A DNA stretch of 64,000 nucleotides, taken from assembly GCA_965215015.1 (NCBI GenBank), contig OZ244042.1:3904001-3968000 (forward strand). Direction: 5' to 3'. Below are positions 49,409-60,601 of this stretch, piece after piece. The translations under genes and the position numbers were made by a program. The notes beneath the pieces were generated by a model, which worked only from the letters and a program-made list of their open reading frames with translations, was not told the DNA's origin and did no database searches. Position 1 is the first letter of the stretch. Every line of letters starts with the position of its first letter. The DNA comes from Candidatus Poribacteria bacterium (lineage in GTDB: Bacteria; Poribacteria; WGA-4E; PCPOR2b).

Positions 49409-50497
49409 GTGACTTATCACGTATCGCGTTTCACGTTTGACACTCCACGTTTGCAGATGTCTCACCGCTGGCGGCTGTATCTTTGGATTGTTCATATGTC
49501 TTACATGCTGCTATTTCTTGCGTGTCAGGCTGAACAAGGCAATTACACAGCTGTAAGCCAGAATGGGCAGTATATCTATGGTGTTTGGAAAGCTCGCACC
49601 GCTAAGGCGGCGAAAGGACTATCACGCCAAATCACTCAAGTCCCGATTTCATCGAGGATTCTCGGCGAAGCCGGAACGCGAGCAGAAGCACTGCCTCAGA
49701 TTGATTTGCTCCCCTTAATCACAACTGCGAAACCGATGGACCTATTACCTGCAAATGGAGAGGCGTCTCATTGGGTCAGAGTGGGGAAACCGAGTGCTGA
49801 TATTGGGAAGGATTTGTACAGAAATGTGATCGGTGGAAACCCGGAATTATATCACAACTACGGGTTTATCGAAGGGGCGACCGTCGAATATCAAACGCCT
49901 CGACTTGGATCTCAGCCGCTGATTCTTTTAGAGGTTTTCGACATGGGCACTCCAGAAAATGCTTTCGGCGTCTATAGCCGAAATCGCTATCCACAGGATG
50001 AATTTGAATGGGTCGGCAGCAGAGCAATCGTTTCTGGACGAGGACTTAACTACTGGAAAGGCAAATACTTCATACAAATTGAGGGATACGAATTTGCAAG
50101 TCAGATTAAACAGGGTATGGTTGAACTTGCTAAAGCAACTGCCGAACGCATCGAAGATCCACTGACAACACCACATCTTCTGACCCTCCTTCCTTCAAAA
50201 AACAGGGTGCCTCATAGCGAAAAGTACTTCCCCTCCGGTGTAACTTTGAAGGGAATTCACCGCTTTCTGCCCGAACGTTTACTAGAATTTAATCCAAGCG
50301 TAACAGGGTGCTCTGCTGCATATTTACACAAAAAATCCTCTACTGACTGGATCGATACGATGACGGTATTTGTTTTACGCTACGAAGTTGAGTCAGAGGC
50401 GAAAACTGCTTATGACATCTATCGGAGTCACTTGGAGGCAAGTACAGTTACAGTTGATTCAACCTCAACCGGTGGAATTATCGTTAAAGAACAGTGA
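49409..50497 (+). CDS. DUF6599-like lipoprotein
   Basis: LFLAC lipobox, LEVFDMGTPENAFGVYS and WKGKYFIQI motifs. Start codon uncertain. Confidence 0.65.
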   Translation: MTYHVSRFTFDTPRLQMSHRWRLYLWIVHMSYMLLFLACQAEQGNYTAVSQNGQYIYGVWKARTAKAAKGLSRQITQVPISSRILGEAGTRAEALPQIDLLPLITTAKPMDLLPANGEASHWVRVGKPSADIGKDLYRNVIGGNPELYHNYGFIEGATVEYQTPRLGSQPLILLEVFDMGTPENAFGVYSRNRYPQDEFEWVGSRAIVSGRGLNYWKGKYFIQIEGYEFASQIKQGMVELAKATAERIEDPLTTPHLLTLLPSKNRVPHSEKYFPSGVTLKGIHRFLPERLLEFNPSVTGCSAAYLHKKSSTDWIDTMTVFVLRYEVESEAKTAYDIYRSHLEASTVTVDSTSTGGIIVKEQ

Positions 50498-50634
50498 GGA
50501 TGAGTGAGACAGGTGCATAACGACAAGGAGAATGGCGAACTGCCATGTCGCGATTTACACCTAAAAAAAGAAAAGTCCGCTGTCTAAATTAGTAAAATAT
50601 GAACTATATCAATTTAGCGATGGTTTCCTTTAGG

Positions 50635-50925
50635 GTTAAACCCCAAAGGTTTACCTTTGGGGGTAACATACCTGCTTTCGCAGATTTCTAACGGCTAACA
50701 GGCCGTTCCAGCAAGCGAGGCCTTATGAAAACCTACAAGTTCAAAATGTATAGCCCTCACGACAATCGTGAATTGCAGAAAACGGTTGACGACCATGCAG
50801 AGGTGTGGAACCACTTCGTCGCTTTATGCCGTCGGTTAGGTATCACCTAACAGACAGGATAGGCCAATTCTAAGTCTAAAGTAATGAGCAAGAATCCCAA
50901 GCCTTTAGGTTTGGGAGTATGTCAA
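50635..50925 (+). mobile_element. tnpB: Internally deleted IS200/IS605 (tnpB) mini-element
   Basis: Left-end hairpin CCCCAAAGGT-TT-ACCTTTGGGG (50641-50662); tnpB 5' end MKTYKFKMYSPHDNRELQKTVDDHAEVWNHFVALCRR (50725-50835); right end GAATCCCAAGCCTTTAGGTTTGGGAGTATGTCAA. Left boundary approximate. Confidence 0.85.
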
Positions 50926-51030
50926 TAATCAAGTACTGCCTAACTACCGAGCACGTTGGGCTAATTTGTTAAGGACAAAGAAGTAGTCGCCTTTCATGTT
51001 TTGCACTTTACACCCAAAAGGAGATTTACC

Positions 51031-51786
51031 ATGCGAGGAGATTTTGAAGCCTATTTGAACGACTCGTTTCGCGATGAGAACGGAAAATTGGATTTAGACA
51101 AGCTGTTAGTCCTTGAGGACGAGGCGAACATGGATGTTGCCGTCATCATGCCTAACACCCAACCTGAGCCGAACAATCAGGAGCTTGGTGAGGCGATAAA
51201 GGACAACCCGCGTGCCCTCGGTTGCGCGCTCATCCACCCCACCGAAGCTAATCCTGTCGGACAAGTCCAAAAAGCTGCGACCGAATGGGGTATGAAGGGA
51301 ATCAAGCTGATGCCGGCGGTTCACAAATATAATGTTGATGACGAGATTGTCAAGCCGGTTGTTGAGGCGGCACGAGATAATGGGCTAATCGTTTCGATCC
51401 ATTCGGGTCCCGCAAATTGCCACCCCACACGCATCGCAAGTGTCGCAAGCTGGGTTCCGGAAACCCCTGTCATCATGGATCACATGGGATTTCCCGATGA
51501 CCTTGACGCTGGCATCGAAGCCGCAAAAGCGAACCAAAATATCTCTTTAGGTACAACTATTCTCCGCTTTCATCGTCGTTGGGGCACCGATCCGGACCAA
51601 GTCGTTCCCACCGAAGTGAAGAAAGCGGTTGACGAATTGGGGCCGGAGCAGATTGTATTCGGATCGAATACGCCTGAATATCGCCCAATCCAAGTGATCA
51701 ATGCCCTTCGTCGCCTTGAGTTAGGAGACGACGCTGAAGCCTTGATTTTTGGAGATAATTTGGCTCGGATTTATGGATTGGTCTAA
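51031..51786 (+). CDS. Amidohydrolase family protein
   Basis: GIKLMP, IHSG, IMDHMG, VFGSNTP and IFGDNLARI motifs. Confidence 0.88.
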   Translation: MRGDFEAYLNDSFRDENGKLDLDKLLVLEDEANMDVAVIMPNTQPEPNNQELGEAIKDNPRALGCALIHPTEANPVGQVQKAATEWGMKGIKLMPAVHKYNVDDEIVKPVVEAARDNGLIVSIHSGPANCHPTRIASVASWVPETPVIMDHMGFPDDLDAGIEAAKANQNISLGTTILRFHRRWGTDPDQVVPTEVKKAVDELGPEQIVFGSNTPEYRPIQVINALRRLELGDDAEALIFGDNLARIYGLV

Positions 51787-51794
51787 AACAAGAC

Positions 51795-52892
51795 GTGACA
51801 GAAAAACTCAAGCGCACCCCCCTCTACCATGTTCATAAAAAACTTGGTGCAAGGCTGATTGAATTTGGCGGGTGGGAGATGCCTGTGCAATATAGCAGCA
51901 TCATTGACGAACACCTGACCGTCAGATCAAATGTAGGGATATTTGACGTTTCACACATGGGAGAACTCGAAATCCGAGGTCCCGGATCCCTATCATTGAT
52001 CCAAAAGCTGATTGCTAACGATGCTGCCAAGCTCGGTGATGGGCAAGTACTCTATACACCAATGTGCACAGAAACAGGGGGAATTGTGGATGATCTACTT
52101 GTCTATCGTTTCGCGGCCGACCGATATATGTTCGTCGTCAACGCATTGAATATCGAAAAGGATTTGGAGTGGATACACGGTCACAGTGAAACGGGGGTAG
52201 AGATTGAAGACCGGAGTGACGAAACTGCCCTTGTCGCGCTGCAAGGCCGAAACGCCTCCCAGTGCCTTCAAACCCTGACTGGTGTTGATCTAACAACGAT
52301 GGACTATTACCGATTTATGGCAGGGAAAGTTGCCGATATCCCAACAATTATCTCAAGGACAGGCTACACCGGAGAAATCGGTTTTGAGCTTTATGTCGAA
52401 GCCAAGGACGGTGCGGCGGTGTGGAATGTCGTCTACGAGGCAACAAACGCCATCGGCGGGAAGCCAATTGGACTCGGTGCGAGAGACACCCTCCGGCTAG
52501 AGGCACGATTGTGTCTGTACGGCAATGACATTGACGAAACGACAACACCGTTGGAAGCAGGATTACGATGGACAGTAGATTTCGACAAAGGGAGTTTCAT
52601 TGGTCGAGAGGCTTTGATTCGGCAAGCTGACGAGGGGATTAAACGCCGCTTGATGGGTTTTCGGATGCTGGATCGCAGCGTTGCACGGACGCACCATGCG
52701 GTTTATCGTAACGATCAGCGCATCGGAGAGGTCACGAGTGGTGCGCCGGCACCGAGCCTAAAAGATAATATCGGCCTCACCTACCTTCCAATCGAAATGA
52801 GCCAGATTAACACCAAAATCGAGATTGAAATCCGTGGGAAACGTCATCCTGCGAAGGTAGTCAGAACGCCGTTCTATCAAGCACCGATTTAG
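51795..52892 (+). CDS. gcvT: Glycine cleavage T protein
   Basis: FGGWEMPVQY, FDVSHMG, RTGYTGE and GLGARDTLRLEA motifs. Confidence 0.98.
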   Translation: MTEKLKRTPLYHVHKKLGARLIEFGGWEMPVQYSSIIDEHLTVRSNVGIFDVSHMGELEIRGPGSLSLIQKLIANDAAKLGDGQVLYTPMCTETGGIVDDLLVYRFAADRYMFVVNALNIEKDLEWIHGHSETGVEIEDRSDETALVALQGRNASQCLQTLTGVDLTTMDYYRFMAGKVADIPTIISRTGYTGEIGFELYVEAKDGAAVWNVVYEATNAIGGKPIGLGARDTLRLEARLCLYGNDIDETTTPLEAGLRWTVDFDKGSFIGREALIRQADEGIKRRLMGFRMLDRSVARTHHAVYRNDQRIGEVTSGAPAPSLKDNIGLTYLPIEMSQINTKIEIEIRGKRHPAKVVRTPFYQAPI

Positions 52893-52905
52893 AAGAGGAA
52901 GTCAG

Positions 52906-53295
52906 ATGTTTCCTGCAGATCTAAAGTACATGAAAAGCCACGAATGGGCAAGACATGAAGGCAACATCGTCAGCATTGGTGTCAGCGACTACGCGCAAGC
53001 GGAGATTCAGGATGTTGTCTACGTTGAACTGCCAGAAGTGGGTACGACTCTTGAGCAACACAAAACGTTTGGTGTTATTGAATCCGTTAAAGCGGCATTT
53101 GATCTCTATGCTCCTGCCAGTGGCGAAGTCGTTGAAATCAATGAAGAACTTGAAGATGCACCGGAGTTAGTGAATGAAGCTCCTTACGGTGACGGTTGGA
53201 TGGTTAGAGTTCGTATGAGTGATTTGAGCGAATTGGAAGGGCTCATGTCTGCAAGTGAATATCAGACAATGATTGAGATAGGAGAAAATGAGTAA
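52906..53295 (+). CDS. gcvH: Glycine cleavage H protein
   Basis: SHEW, IESVKAA (lipoyl lysine) and PYGDGW motifs. Confidence 0.98.
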   Translation: MFPADLKYMKSHEWARHEGNIVSIGVSDYAQAEIQDVVYVELPEVGTTLEQHKTFGVIESVKAAFDLYAPASGEVVEINEELEDAPELVNEAPYGDGWMVRVRMSDLSELEGLMSASEYQTMIEIGENE

Positions 53296-56224
53296 AACCC
53301 TTCAAGCCCTCAATTTCACAGACACTTTTGCTGACCGCCATATTGGTCCTCGTCCGGAAGATGTCGAATTGATGCTAGAAAAAATCGGGTATGCGTCGCT
53401 TGATGAACTAATTGAAGAAGCTGTCCCGGCGAGCATCCGTCACTACCAGCCATTAAATCTGGGTAAGCCCCGGACAGAGTCCGAAATGCTCAAGGACTTA
53501 AGGCAGATTGCATCTCAGAATCAGGTTTCTCGGTCTTTTATCGGAATGGGGTATTACAACTGCATCACGCCGCCTGTTATCCAGAGAAACATACTTGAGA
53601 ACCCTGGATGGTATACCGCATATACCCCGTATCAGGCGGAGATTGCACAAGGGCGGCTTGAGGCCCTGTTAAACTTTCAAACGATGGTTATTGACCTGAC
53701 TGGGCTGCCGATTGCCAATGCCTCGTTGCTAGACGAAAGCACGGCGGCAGCCGAAGCAATGGGAATGTGTCTTGCCCTAAGTAAGCGTGGTACTAGCACG
53801 ACTTTTTTTGTTTCAGAAACTTGTCATCCCCAGACAATCGGAGTCTTGAGGACCCGCGCAGAACCACTAGGGATTGAGTTAGTAATTGGAGACCATCGCG
53901 CTGCCGTGTTTGATGCACCTCTTTTGGGTGCCATTGTTCAATATCCGGCAAGTGATGGAACAATTTATGACTATAGTGACTTTGCCGAAAAGGTGCATGA
54001 GGCCGGTGGGTTATTAGTGGTTGCCGCCGATCTTTTGAGTCTGACGCTTTTGAAACCACCCGGTGAATTTGATGCTGATATTGCTGTTGGATCCACCCAA
54101 CGGTTCGGGGTGCCAATGGGGTATGGCGGTCCCCACGCCGCTTTCCTTTCAACGCAAGAGAAATTTAAGCGTAAGATGCCGGGTAGAATTGCAGGCCTCT
54201 CTCAGGATGTAGAGGGGCAGCCTGCGATTCGCCTTGCGCTCCAGACCCGGGAACAACATATCCGCAGGGAACAAGCGACGAGCAACATCTGCACGGCACA
54301 GGTGCTCTTGGCGGTGATGGCGAGCATGTATGCAGTGTATTACGGCCCCAAAGGGCTTCGCCGAATTGCGGAGCGTGTACATCTGCTCACAGGCGTCCTC
54401 CGTGAAGGATTGAAGCGAATCGGGTATGTGCTTGATGATAGTTGCTACTTTGATACATTCAGCCTCGATCTGGATTCACTCAAAGAGTCAAGTTACAGCC
54501 GTAATAGCGAGGCTAATCAACAGCCAGCGACCCCGGCGGCTACTCTTGATAATCTCTTGTCCATTGCCCATGCACATCAGATCAACTTCAGGGTTTTTGA
54601 CCACTCCCGCGTTGGAATTTCGCTTGATGAGACGACCTCCTTTCAGGATATCCGAGATCTCTTTGATATTTTCGCGTTAGGCAAGCCTCTGCCCTTCGAG
54701 ATCGAAGGTTTAATTCTTCGGGCTCAATCGGCAATTCCTGAGTCGTTGCAACGAAAGAGTTCTTATCTCACCCATCCGGTCTTTAACACTTATCACTCTG
54801 AAACAGAGATGCTGCGGTACATCCACAAACTGCAGGAAAAAGACCTATCCCTGACGACATCAATGATTCCGCTTGGGTCTTGCACGATGAAGTTAAACGC
54901 CACCGCTGAGATGCTTGCCGTCACTTGGCATGAGTTCAGCCAACTGCACCCATTTGCACCCCTTGAACAGACAAAGGGATACCAAACCCTCTTTGAGCAG
55001 CTCGAAACGTGGTTATCGGAATTGACAGGATTCCCCGGAATCTCCCTGCAACCCAATGCCGGATCACAGGGGGAGTATGCGGGGCTTCTGGTCATCCGCA
55101 AATATCATCAGTGCTGTGGTGAAAAGCATCGGGATGTCTGCCTGATTCCACGGTCTGCACACGGTACAAATCCTGCCAGCGCGGTGATGGTGGGTATGCG
55201 AGTGGTGGTGGTCAATTGTGACGATGAGGGAAATGTTGACCTCTTGGACCTTCAGGCAAAGGCAAAGCAGTACAGTAAAGAACTTGCAGCAGCAATGATT
55301 ACCTATCCTTCGACCCACGGAGTGTTTGAGGAAAAGATTCAGGAAATTTGCGAAATCATTCATCAGTACGGCGGACAAGTCTACATGGATGGCGCGAATA
55401 TGAACGCGATGGTAGGGTTATGCCGTCCGGGGGATTTTGGCCCAGATGTGTGCCATCTGAATCTGCATAAAACCTTCTGTATTCCGCATGGTGGGGGCGG
55501 TCCCGGAATGGGACCGATTGGTGTTAAAGCACACCTGAGCCCCTTTCTTCCGACCCACCCGGTCGTGCCAGTCGGTCAAAAAGATGGAATCAATCCAATT
55601 TCGGCAGCACCTTGGGGTAGTCCGAGCATCCTGCCGATTTCTTGGGGGTACATTGCGATGATGGGAGCAGAGGGACTCAAGTGTGCAACTGAAACCGCAA
55701 TTTTGAACGCGAATTACATTGCCAAACGATTAGAACCCTACTATTCGGTTTTGTACAAAGGGAACAACAGCCTTGTTGCGCACGAGTGTATCATTGACCT
55801 TCGTGACTTCAAGAAAACGGTTGACATCGGAGCAGGTGATCTCGCTAAACGGTTGATGGACTACGGCTTCCATGCACCTACCGTATCGTTTCCAGTTATG
55901 GAAACAATGATGATTGAACCGACTGAAAGCGAATCAAAGGGTGAGCTAGATCGCTTCTGCGAAGCGATGATCTCTATCCGGAAGGAAATTGCAGAAATCG
56001 AGAACAGCAAAGCCGATCGTTCGGACAACGTTCTCAAAAATGCGCCTCATATCGCAGTGCAGGTTATGCAGACTGATTGGGATCGCGAGTATTCTCGCGA
56101 AAAGGCGGCTTTTCCTGCACCGTGGACCCGCGAGCGAAAATATTGGCCCCCTGTCGCACGAATTAACGAAGTTCACGGAGATCGCAACCTGATTTGTGCT
56201 TGCCCTCCGATTGATTCTTATTAG
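53288..56224 (+). CDS. gcvP: Glycine dehydrogenase (decarboxylating), single chain
   Basis: [22 protein letters not shown] and [18 protein letters not shown] motifs. Confidence 0.99.
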   Translation: MSKTLQALNFTDTFADRHIGPRPEDVELMLEKIGYASLDELIEEAVPASIRHYQPLNLGKPRTESEMLKDLRQIASQNQVSRSFIGMGYYNCITPPVIQRNILENPGWYTAYTPYQAEIAQGRLEALLNFQTMVIDLTGLPIANASLLDESTAAAEAMGMCLALSKRGTSTTFFVSETCHPQTIGVLRTRAEPLGIELVIGDHRAAVFDAPLLGAIVQYPASDGTIYDYSDFAEKVHEAGGLLVVAADLLSLTLLKPPGEFDADIAVGSTQRFGVPMGYGGPHAAFLSTQEKFKRKMPGRIAGLSQDVEGQPAIRLALQTREQHIRREQATSNICTAQVLLAVMASMYAVYYGPKGLRRIAERVHLLTGVLREGLKRIGYVLDDSCYFDTFSLDLDSLKESSYSRNSEANQQPATPAATLDNLLSIAHAHQINFRVFDHSRVGISLDETTSFQDIRDLFDIFALGKPLPFEIEGLILRAQSAIPESLQRKSSYLTHPVFNTYHSETEMLRYIHKLQEKDLSLTTSMIPLGSCTMKLNATAEMLAVTWHEFSQLHPFAPLEQTKGYQTLFEQLETWLSELTGFPGISLQPNAGSQGEYAGLLVIRKYHQCCGEKHRDVCLIPRSAHGTNPASAVMVGMRVVVVNCDDEGNVDLLDLQAKAKQYSKELAAAMITYPSTHGVFEEKIQEICEIIHQYGGQVYMDGANMNAMVGLCRPGDFGPDVCHLNLHKTFCIPHGGGGPGMGPIGVKAHLSPFLPTHPVVPVGQKDGINPISAAPWGSPSILPISWGYIAMMGAEGLKCATETAILNANYIAKRLEPYYSVLYKGNNSLVAHECIIDLRDFKKTVDIGAGDLAKRLMDYGFHAPTVSFPVMETMMIEPTESESKGELDRFCEAMISIRKEIAEIENSKADRSDNVLKNAPHIAVQVMQTDWDREYSREKAAFPAPWTRERKYWPPVARINEVHGDRNLICACPPIDSY

Positions 56225-56360
56225 TTTCAGGGTTACACAGTTGAGATATTTTCGTCCTTGATATTGTACGTTATGCGTTGTATAGGGGGACGCGACTTTT
56301 GCAAACAAAGTGTGTAAACTCTACAATGCCTATCATGTTCTACGTGAGCGGGTAAATCTA

Positions 56361-57755
56361 ATGAAAGCAATTATTATTGGTGCGGGAGAGGTTGGATTTC
56401 ATACGGCAAAACTCTTGGTCGAAGACAATAACGATGTTATTCTCATCGATCAATCGAAAGAGGCTTGTCAGCGGGTTCAAGAGCAGTTGGATTTAATAAC
56501 CCTTGAGGGATCAGGGGCTTCACCCACTTTATTGGTAGAAGCTGGAATTAAAGAAGCGGAACTCCTGATGGCGGTAACAAACTCCGATGAGATTAATATG
56601 CTGGCGTGCGTGATTGCCTCCCGACATGGTGTTAAGACAAAAGTGGCGCGCGTATCCAATCCCGACTACTTCGCCAACGAAACGAATTTATCCCCGAAAG
56701 ATATTGGAATTAATCTGCTGATTAATCCGGAACAACTTTGTGCAGAGGAATTCTATCGTCTACTTAATATTCCAGAAGCCCGTGAAATCGTCGAATTTGA
56801 AGAGGGCAAGGTACAGTTAGTTGCATTTCAGGTCAAGCCGACCAACCCGCTTCGAGGCACATCCCTCACCCGTCTAGCGGATCGCGGCATCCCTTCCGAT
56901 TTGCGTATTACGGCAATTAAGCGTAAGGATGGCACGACAATCGTGCCTAAAGGTCAAGACTTCATTCTCGAAGATGATGAGGTCTTTGCCATCGGCAGTC
57001 GTGAGTCGACTGCACACCTGCTTGAATTTTCGGGAGTTTCATTAAATCAAAAAATCCATCGTGTCATTATCGTTGGTGCGGAACGGATTGGGATTTCCCT
57101 CGCACAAACCCTTGAGAAAAATGGTACGCAGGTGAAAATCATTGAAGCCAATCGGGAGAGGGCTGAGGCTGCATCAATAATTCTGAGAAAAACAACCGTT
57201 TTGCATGGGGACTACCTTAACCCCGGCTTGTTGGAAGAAGCTGGCGTGGACGGGGTAGACGGGTTCGTATCCGTAACCGGTGATGATGAAAATGACGTGA
57301 TGGCTTGCGTAACCGCCAAGCAGCATGGGGCTGCTCGGGTGCTTGCCCTAGTTCAGCAGCCGCGTTACCTACCGATTCTGGAAAGTATTCCGACAGTCGA
57401 TGCGGCCGTGAGTCGCCATCTGACAGCGGTCAGCAACATTCTCCGTCTCGTCCGTCGGGGGCAGATTGTCTCAGCAGCATCACTACGTGAGATTGATGCT
57501 GAGGTAATCGAGCTTGTTGCCGGACCAAATTCGCAAATTACCTATAACGAAATTCAACACCTCGGCGGAATGCTGCCCGAAGATGTATTGATAGGTGCCA
57601 TTGTGCGGCAGAATCGTGTCCTGATCCCGACCGGGCAAAGCGTGATTCAAGCAGGAGATCGTGTGATTATCTTCACCATGCCTGATTCTATTCCCGTCGT
57701 TGAAAAGCTCTTTGTAGAACCGAAGATTAAGCGTTTCCTTGGTCAAAAAAAATGA
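56361..57755 (+). CDS. trkA: Trk potassium uptake NAD-binding subunit
   Basis: IIIGAGEVG and two RCK domains; upstream of trkH. Confidence 0.95.
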   Translation: MKAIIIGAGEVGFHTAKLLVEDNNDVILIDQSKEACQRVQEQLDLITLEGSGASPTLLVEAGIKEAELLMAVTNSDEINMLACVIASRHGVKTKVARVSNPDYFANETNLSPKDIGINLLINPEQLCAEEFYRLLNIPEAREIVEFEEGKVQLVAFQVKPTNPLRGTSLTRLADRGIPSDLRITAIKRKDGTTIVPKGQDFILEDDEVFAIGSRESTAHLLEFSGVSLNQKIHRVIIVGAERIGISLAQTLEKNGTQVKIIEANRERAEAASIILRKTTVLHGDYLNPGLLEEAGVDGVDGFVSVTGDDENDVMACVTAKQHGAARVLALVQQPRYLPILESIPTVDAAVSRHLTAVSNILRLVRRGQIVSAASLREIDAEVIELVAGPNSQITYNEIQHLGGMLPEDVLIGAIVRQNRVLIPTGQSVIQAGDRVIIFTMPDSIPVVEKLFVEPKIKRFLGQKK

Positions 57756-57770
57756 ATACCCTATAATTCC

Positions 57771-59267
57771 GTGAATCTAAAACTAGTTCTATATACACTC
57801 GGTAATTTGTTGATTTGTCTTTCTGCGGCGATGTTGTGTCCGTTGTTTATCGCCCTTTTCCGTAGAACGGCGGATGGCGGATCTGATCTGCAAGCATTTA
57901 TTTCCTCTTTTTGCGTCACGCTCATTGTCGGATTGACACTTCGTCTGACAACCAAATCGAACCAGGGACTTAGCAACAAAGAAGGATTTGCAGTTGTCTC
58001 GTTAGGCTGGGCGGTTACTGCACTGTTTGGATCGCTCCCGTATCTTTTCGATCGTGTATTTGCAGAAGCCGGGAGAAATTGGCTGGCCGAGTTTTCGTTC
58101 TGCTATTTTGAATCCATGTCCGGCTTCACGACGACGGGCGCGACCGTTCTCACTGAAATCGAGCATCTGACCCATGCTATCCTGTTCTGGCGCAGCCTGA
58201 CACATTGGCTGGGTGGCATGGGTATTGTTGTGCTCGCCGTAGCAATCCTACCGATGTTAGGGGTTGGCGGGATGCAGCTTTATCGTGCAGAGGTGCCTGG
58301 GCCTCAAAAAGACCGTCTAACACCACGCATCACACAGACTGCAAAGCTGCTTTGGGGTGTTTATGTCCTTATCTCTGCTGTCGAAATGTTATTACTATGG
58401 CTCGGTGGAATGACATGGTTCGATGCCCTTTGCCATACCTTCGGGACGATGGCGACCGGTGGTTTTTCAACCCAAAATTTGAGTATTGGTCAATACAACA
58501 GCGTCTACTTTGATGTTGTTATTATCATTTTTATGTTCCTTGCCGGAACGAACTTTTCCCTACACTATCGCGCCTTGCGCGGCGATTTCAAAAGCTACGT
58601 TCGAGACTCTGAGTTCCGCTTCTACGGCTTGACACTGTTCCTGTGTATCGGCTTGATCGTCTGGAACACAATGTTCGTAAGGGTTGATGGGCAAGTTGTT
58701 TTCGGTTCATTTGGAACGGCTCTGCGTTACGCTGCTTTTCAGGTCGTATCAATCATCACGACGACTGGCTACGGAACCTTCAACTTTGAGCAGTGGCCCG
58801 CACTATCACAGTTTCTTTTGGCCCTTCTGATGTTTTTCGGCGGATGTGCAGGGTCAACAGGGGGCGGGATGAAACACATCCGTTTACTGCTACTTATCAA
58901 ACAGGGATATGTCGAAATTAAGCGGCTGATACTCCCATACGCGGTCCTGCCCATTAAACTTGGCGACCGGGTCGTTCCGCAAGAGGTGATGACAAACATT
59001 CTCGGCTTTTTCTTCCTGTTTATCGGCATCTTCGCGATGGTTACCTGTATCATGGCGGCACTAGGGTTGGATCTGATCAGTGCCGCTGCTGCCACTATCG
59101 CAACCATGGGAAATATAGGTCCCGGCCTTGGATCTGTTGGTCCCCTTGACAATTACGCACACATTCCCACACTCGGGAAATTTATTCTCTGTTTTTGCAT
59201 GTTATTAGGACGCCTAGAGCTATACACTGTCTTGGTTTTATTCGCTCCAGAGTTGTGGAGAAGATAA
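57771..59267 (+). CDS. trkH: Trk potassium uptake membrane protein
   Basis: FESMSGFTTTGAT, WLGGMG, GGCAGSTGGG and MLLGRLE motifs. Confidence 0.96.
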   Translation: MNLKLVLYTLGNLLICLSAAMLCPLFIALFRRTADGGSDLQAFISSFCVTLIVGLTLRLTTKSNQGLSNKEGFAVVSLGWAVTALFGSLPYLFDRVFAEAGRNWLAEFSFCYFESMSGFTTTGATVLTEIEHLTHAILFWRSLTHWLGGMGIVVLAVAILPMLGVGGMQLYRAEVPGPQKDRLTPRITQTAKLLWGVYVLISAVEMLLLWLGGMTWFDALCHTFGTMATGGFSTQNLSIGQYNSVYFDVVIIIFMFLAGTNFSLHYRALRGDFKSYVRDSEFRFYGLTLFLCIGLIVWNTMFVRVDGQVVFGSFGTALRYAAFQVVSIITTTGYGTFNFEQWPALSQFLLALLMFFGGCAGSTGGGMKHIRLLLLIKQGYVEIKRLILPYAVLPIKLGDRVVPQEVMTNILGFFFLFIGIFAMVTCIMAALGLDLISAAAATIATMGNIGPGLGSVGPLDNYAHIPTLGKFILCFCMLLGRLELYTVLVLFAPELWRR

Positions 59268-59322
59268 ACGTAAGACCTAAAGCGAAAGACTGATATAAAA
59301 AGAAAGTGTAAAGCGCGAAGAT

Positions 59323-59352
59323 AAACCGAGTGTTTTCTTGAAAACTCGGTTT
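59323..59352. terminator. Hairpin after trkH (terminator or REP-like)
   Basis: AAACCGAG...CTCGGTTT inverted repeat. Confidence 0.5.
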
Positions 59353-59394
59353 CTGTTACACGATTTCTTAACATGAGCGAAGCGAGAAAAGCGC

Positions 59395-59886
59395 GTGATT
59401 GATTCAGTCTACTTTAATGTCCTACGCCGTATTCATGCCCGGTTGTCCAACACAGATGTAAATTGGGTCGTCACAGGGAGTCTGGGCTTTGCACTTCAAG
59501 GAATCTCCGTCCAACTCAACGACATTGACCTCCAAACGGACAAAGCGGGTGCTTATAAAATTGAAAGCCTGTTTTCAGATGTGGTGATCAGGCCGGTCAA
59601 ATTTTCCACTACAGAACAGATTAGATCCCACTTTGGTGCTTTGCAAATTGACAGCATTGAGGTGGAAATCATGGGGGATATTCAGAAACGGGGTGTGGAT
59701 GGCGTCTGGGAGGAACGTATAAATCCTGCACATTACAGACGAACGGTGGAGATTGCAGGATTACTTGTGCCAGTTCTATCTTTAGAATATGAGTATCAAG
59801 CCTATCTAAAGTTAGGAAGAATTGAGAAGGCAAAGATATTAAAGGACTGGCTAGACAGTGAACAAAATTACAACCATTTCATTTGA
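59395..59886 (+). CDS. Nucleotidyltransferase-fold protein
   Basis: VTGSLGFALQG...NDIDLQTD (GS...DxD motif). Confidence 0.8.
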   Translation: MIDSVYFNVLRRIHARLSNTDVNWVVTGSLGFALQGISVQLNDIDLQTDKAGAYKIESLFSDVVIRPVKFSTTEQIRSHFGALQIDSIEVEIMGDIQKRGVDGVWEERINPAHYRRTVEIAGLLVPVLSLEYEYQAYLKLGRIEKAKILKDWLDSEQNYNHFI

Positions 59887-60553
59887 TGCAGACGGCACAC
59901 TGTGGGACTTTGAAGGAGTGATGCGTCACGCGTTGGTGTGTACGTTGGCTGAACTCCGTCGAATTGTTCCTTCTGTTCCTGACTCCCTCTCTGTTGAAAC
60001 ACTGATTGCCATTCGGAATCAAGTTGCAAAAGAACAAAAAGGCAAAGGATTGACGCACGAAGCGATTCGGCTCGAAGCGTTCAAGCACACGCTTCAATTT
60101 ATCAAAAGCCCTGACGCCGACCTTGCCGCTCACCTTAATGCACTGTACCTGAAACATCGATTTGAAGATATTCAACTCTTCGACGATGTGCTCCCCGCCC
60201 TGAATGTACTGCAAGGGCATTATATGATGGGGCTGCTGTCCAATGGCAATACCTATCCAGAGCGTTGTGGGTTGGCAGGATACTTTCAATTCGTGGTACT
60301 TGCTCAGGACTACGGCGTCCAAAAACCCGATCCGCGGCTTTTCGAGATTGCTATCAAACGTGCAGGTTGCACGAAACGCCAGTTGCTACATATAGGCGAT
60401 TCATTCCAAAATGACATCATCGGTGCAAAACGGGCTGGCGTGAAATCCGTTTGGCTGAACCGTCAGGATAAAGATAATGGAACAGGGCAGCAACCTGATT
60501 TTGAAATATCGTCTCTAAGGGAACTGGCAGAGATCCTTAAGAATTTCGTGTAA
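59858..60553 (+). CDS. HAD family hydrolase
   Basis: FDADGTLWD, LSNGN, KPDPRLF and HIGDSFQND motifs. Confidence 0.93.
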   Translation: MNKITTISFDADGTLWDFEGVMRHALVCTLAELRRIVPSVPDSLSVETLIAIRNQVAKEQKGKGLTHEAIRLEAFKHTLQFIKSPDADLAAHLNALYLKHRFEDIQLFDDVLPALNVLQGHYMMGLLSNGNTYPERCGLAGYFQFVVLAQDYGVQKPDPRLFEIAIKRAGCTKRQLLHIGDSFQNDIIGAKRAGVKSVWLNRQDKDNGTGQQPDFEISSLRELAEILKNFV

Positions 60554-60601
60554 TCATCGAGTGGTTCTGCATAAGCGTAAATCATCTAAAGGAGGCTAAA
60601 C

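Noticed and set aside
50926-51030. Glycine riboswitch upstream of the gcv operon
   Set aside because: No GGAGA...CCGAAG...CTCTCAGG aptamer motifs found.
59395-60553. MNT-HEPN toxin-antitoxin pair
   Set aside because: The partner of the nucleotidyltransferase is a HAD hydrolase, not a HEPN protein.
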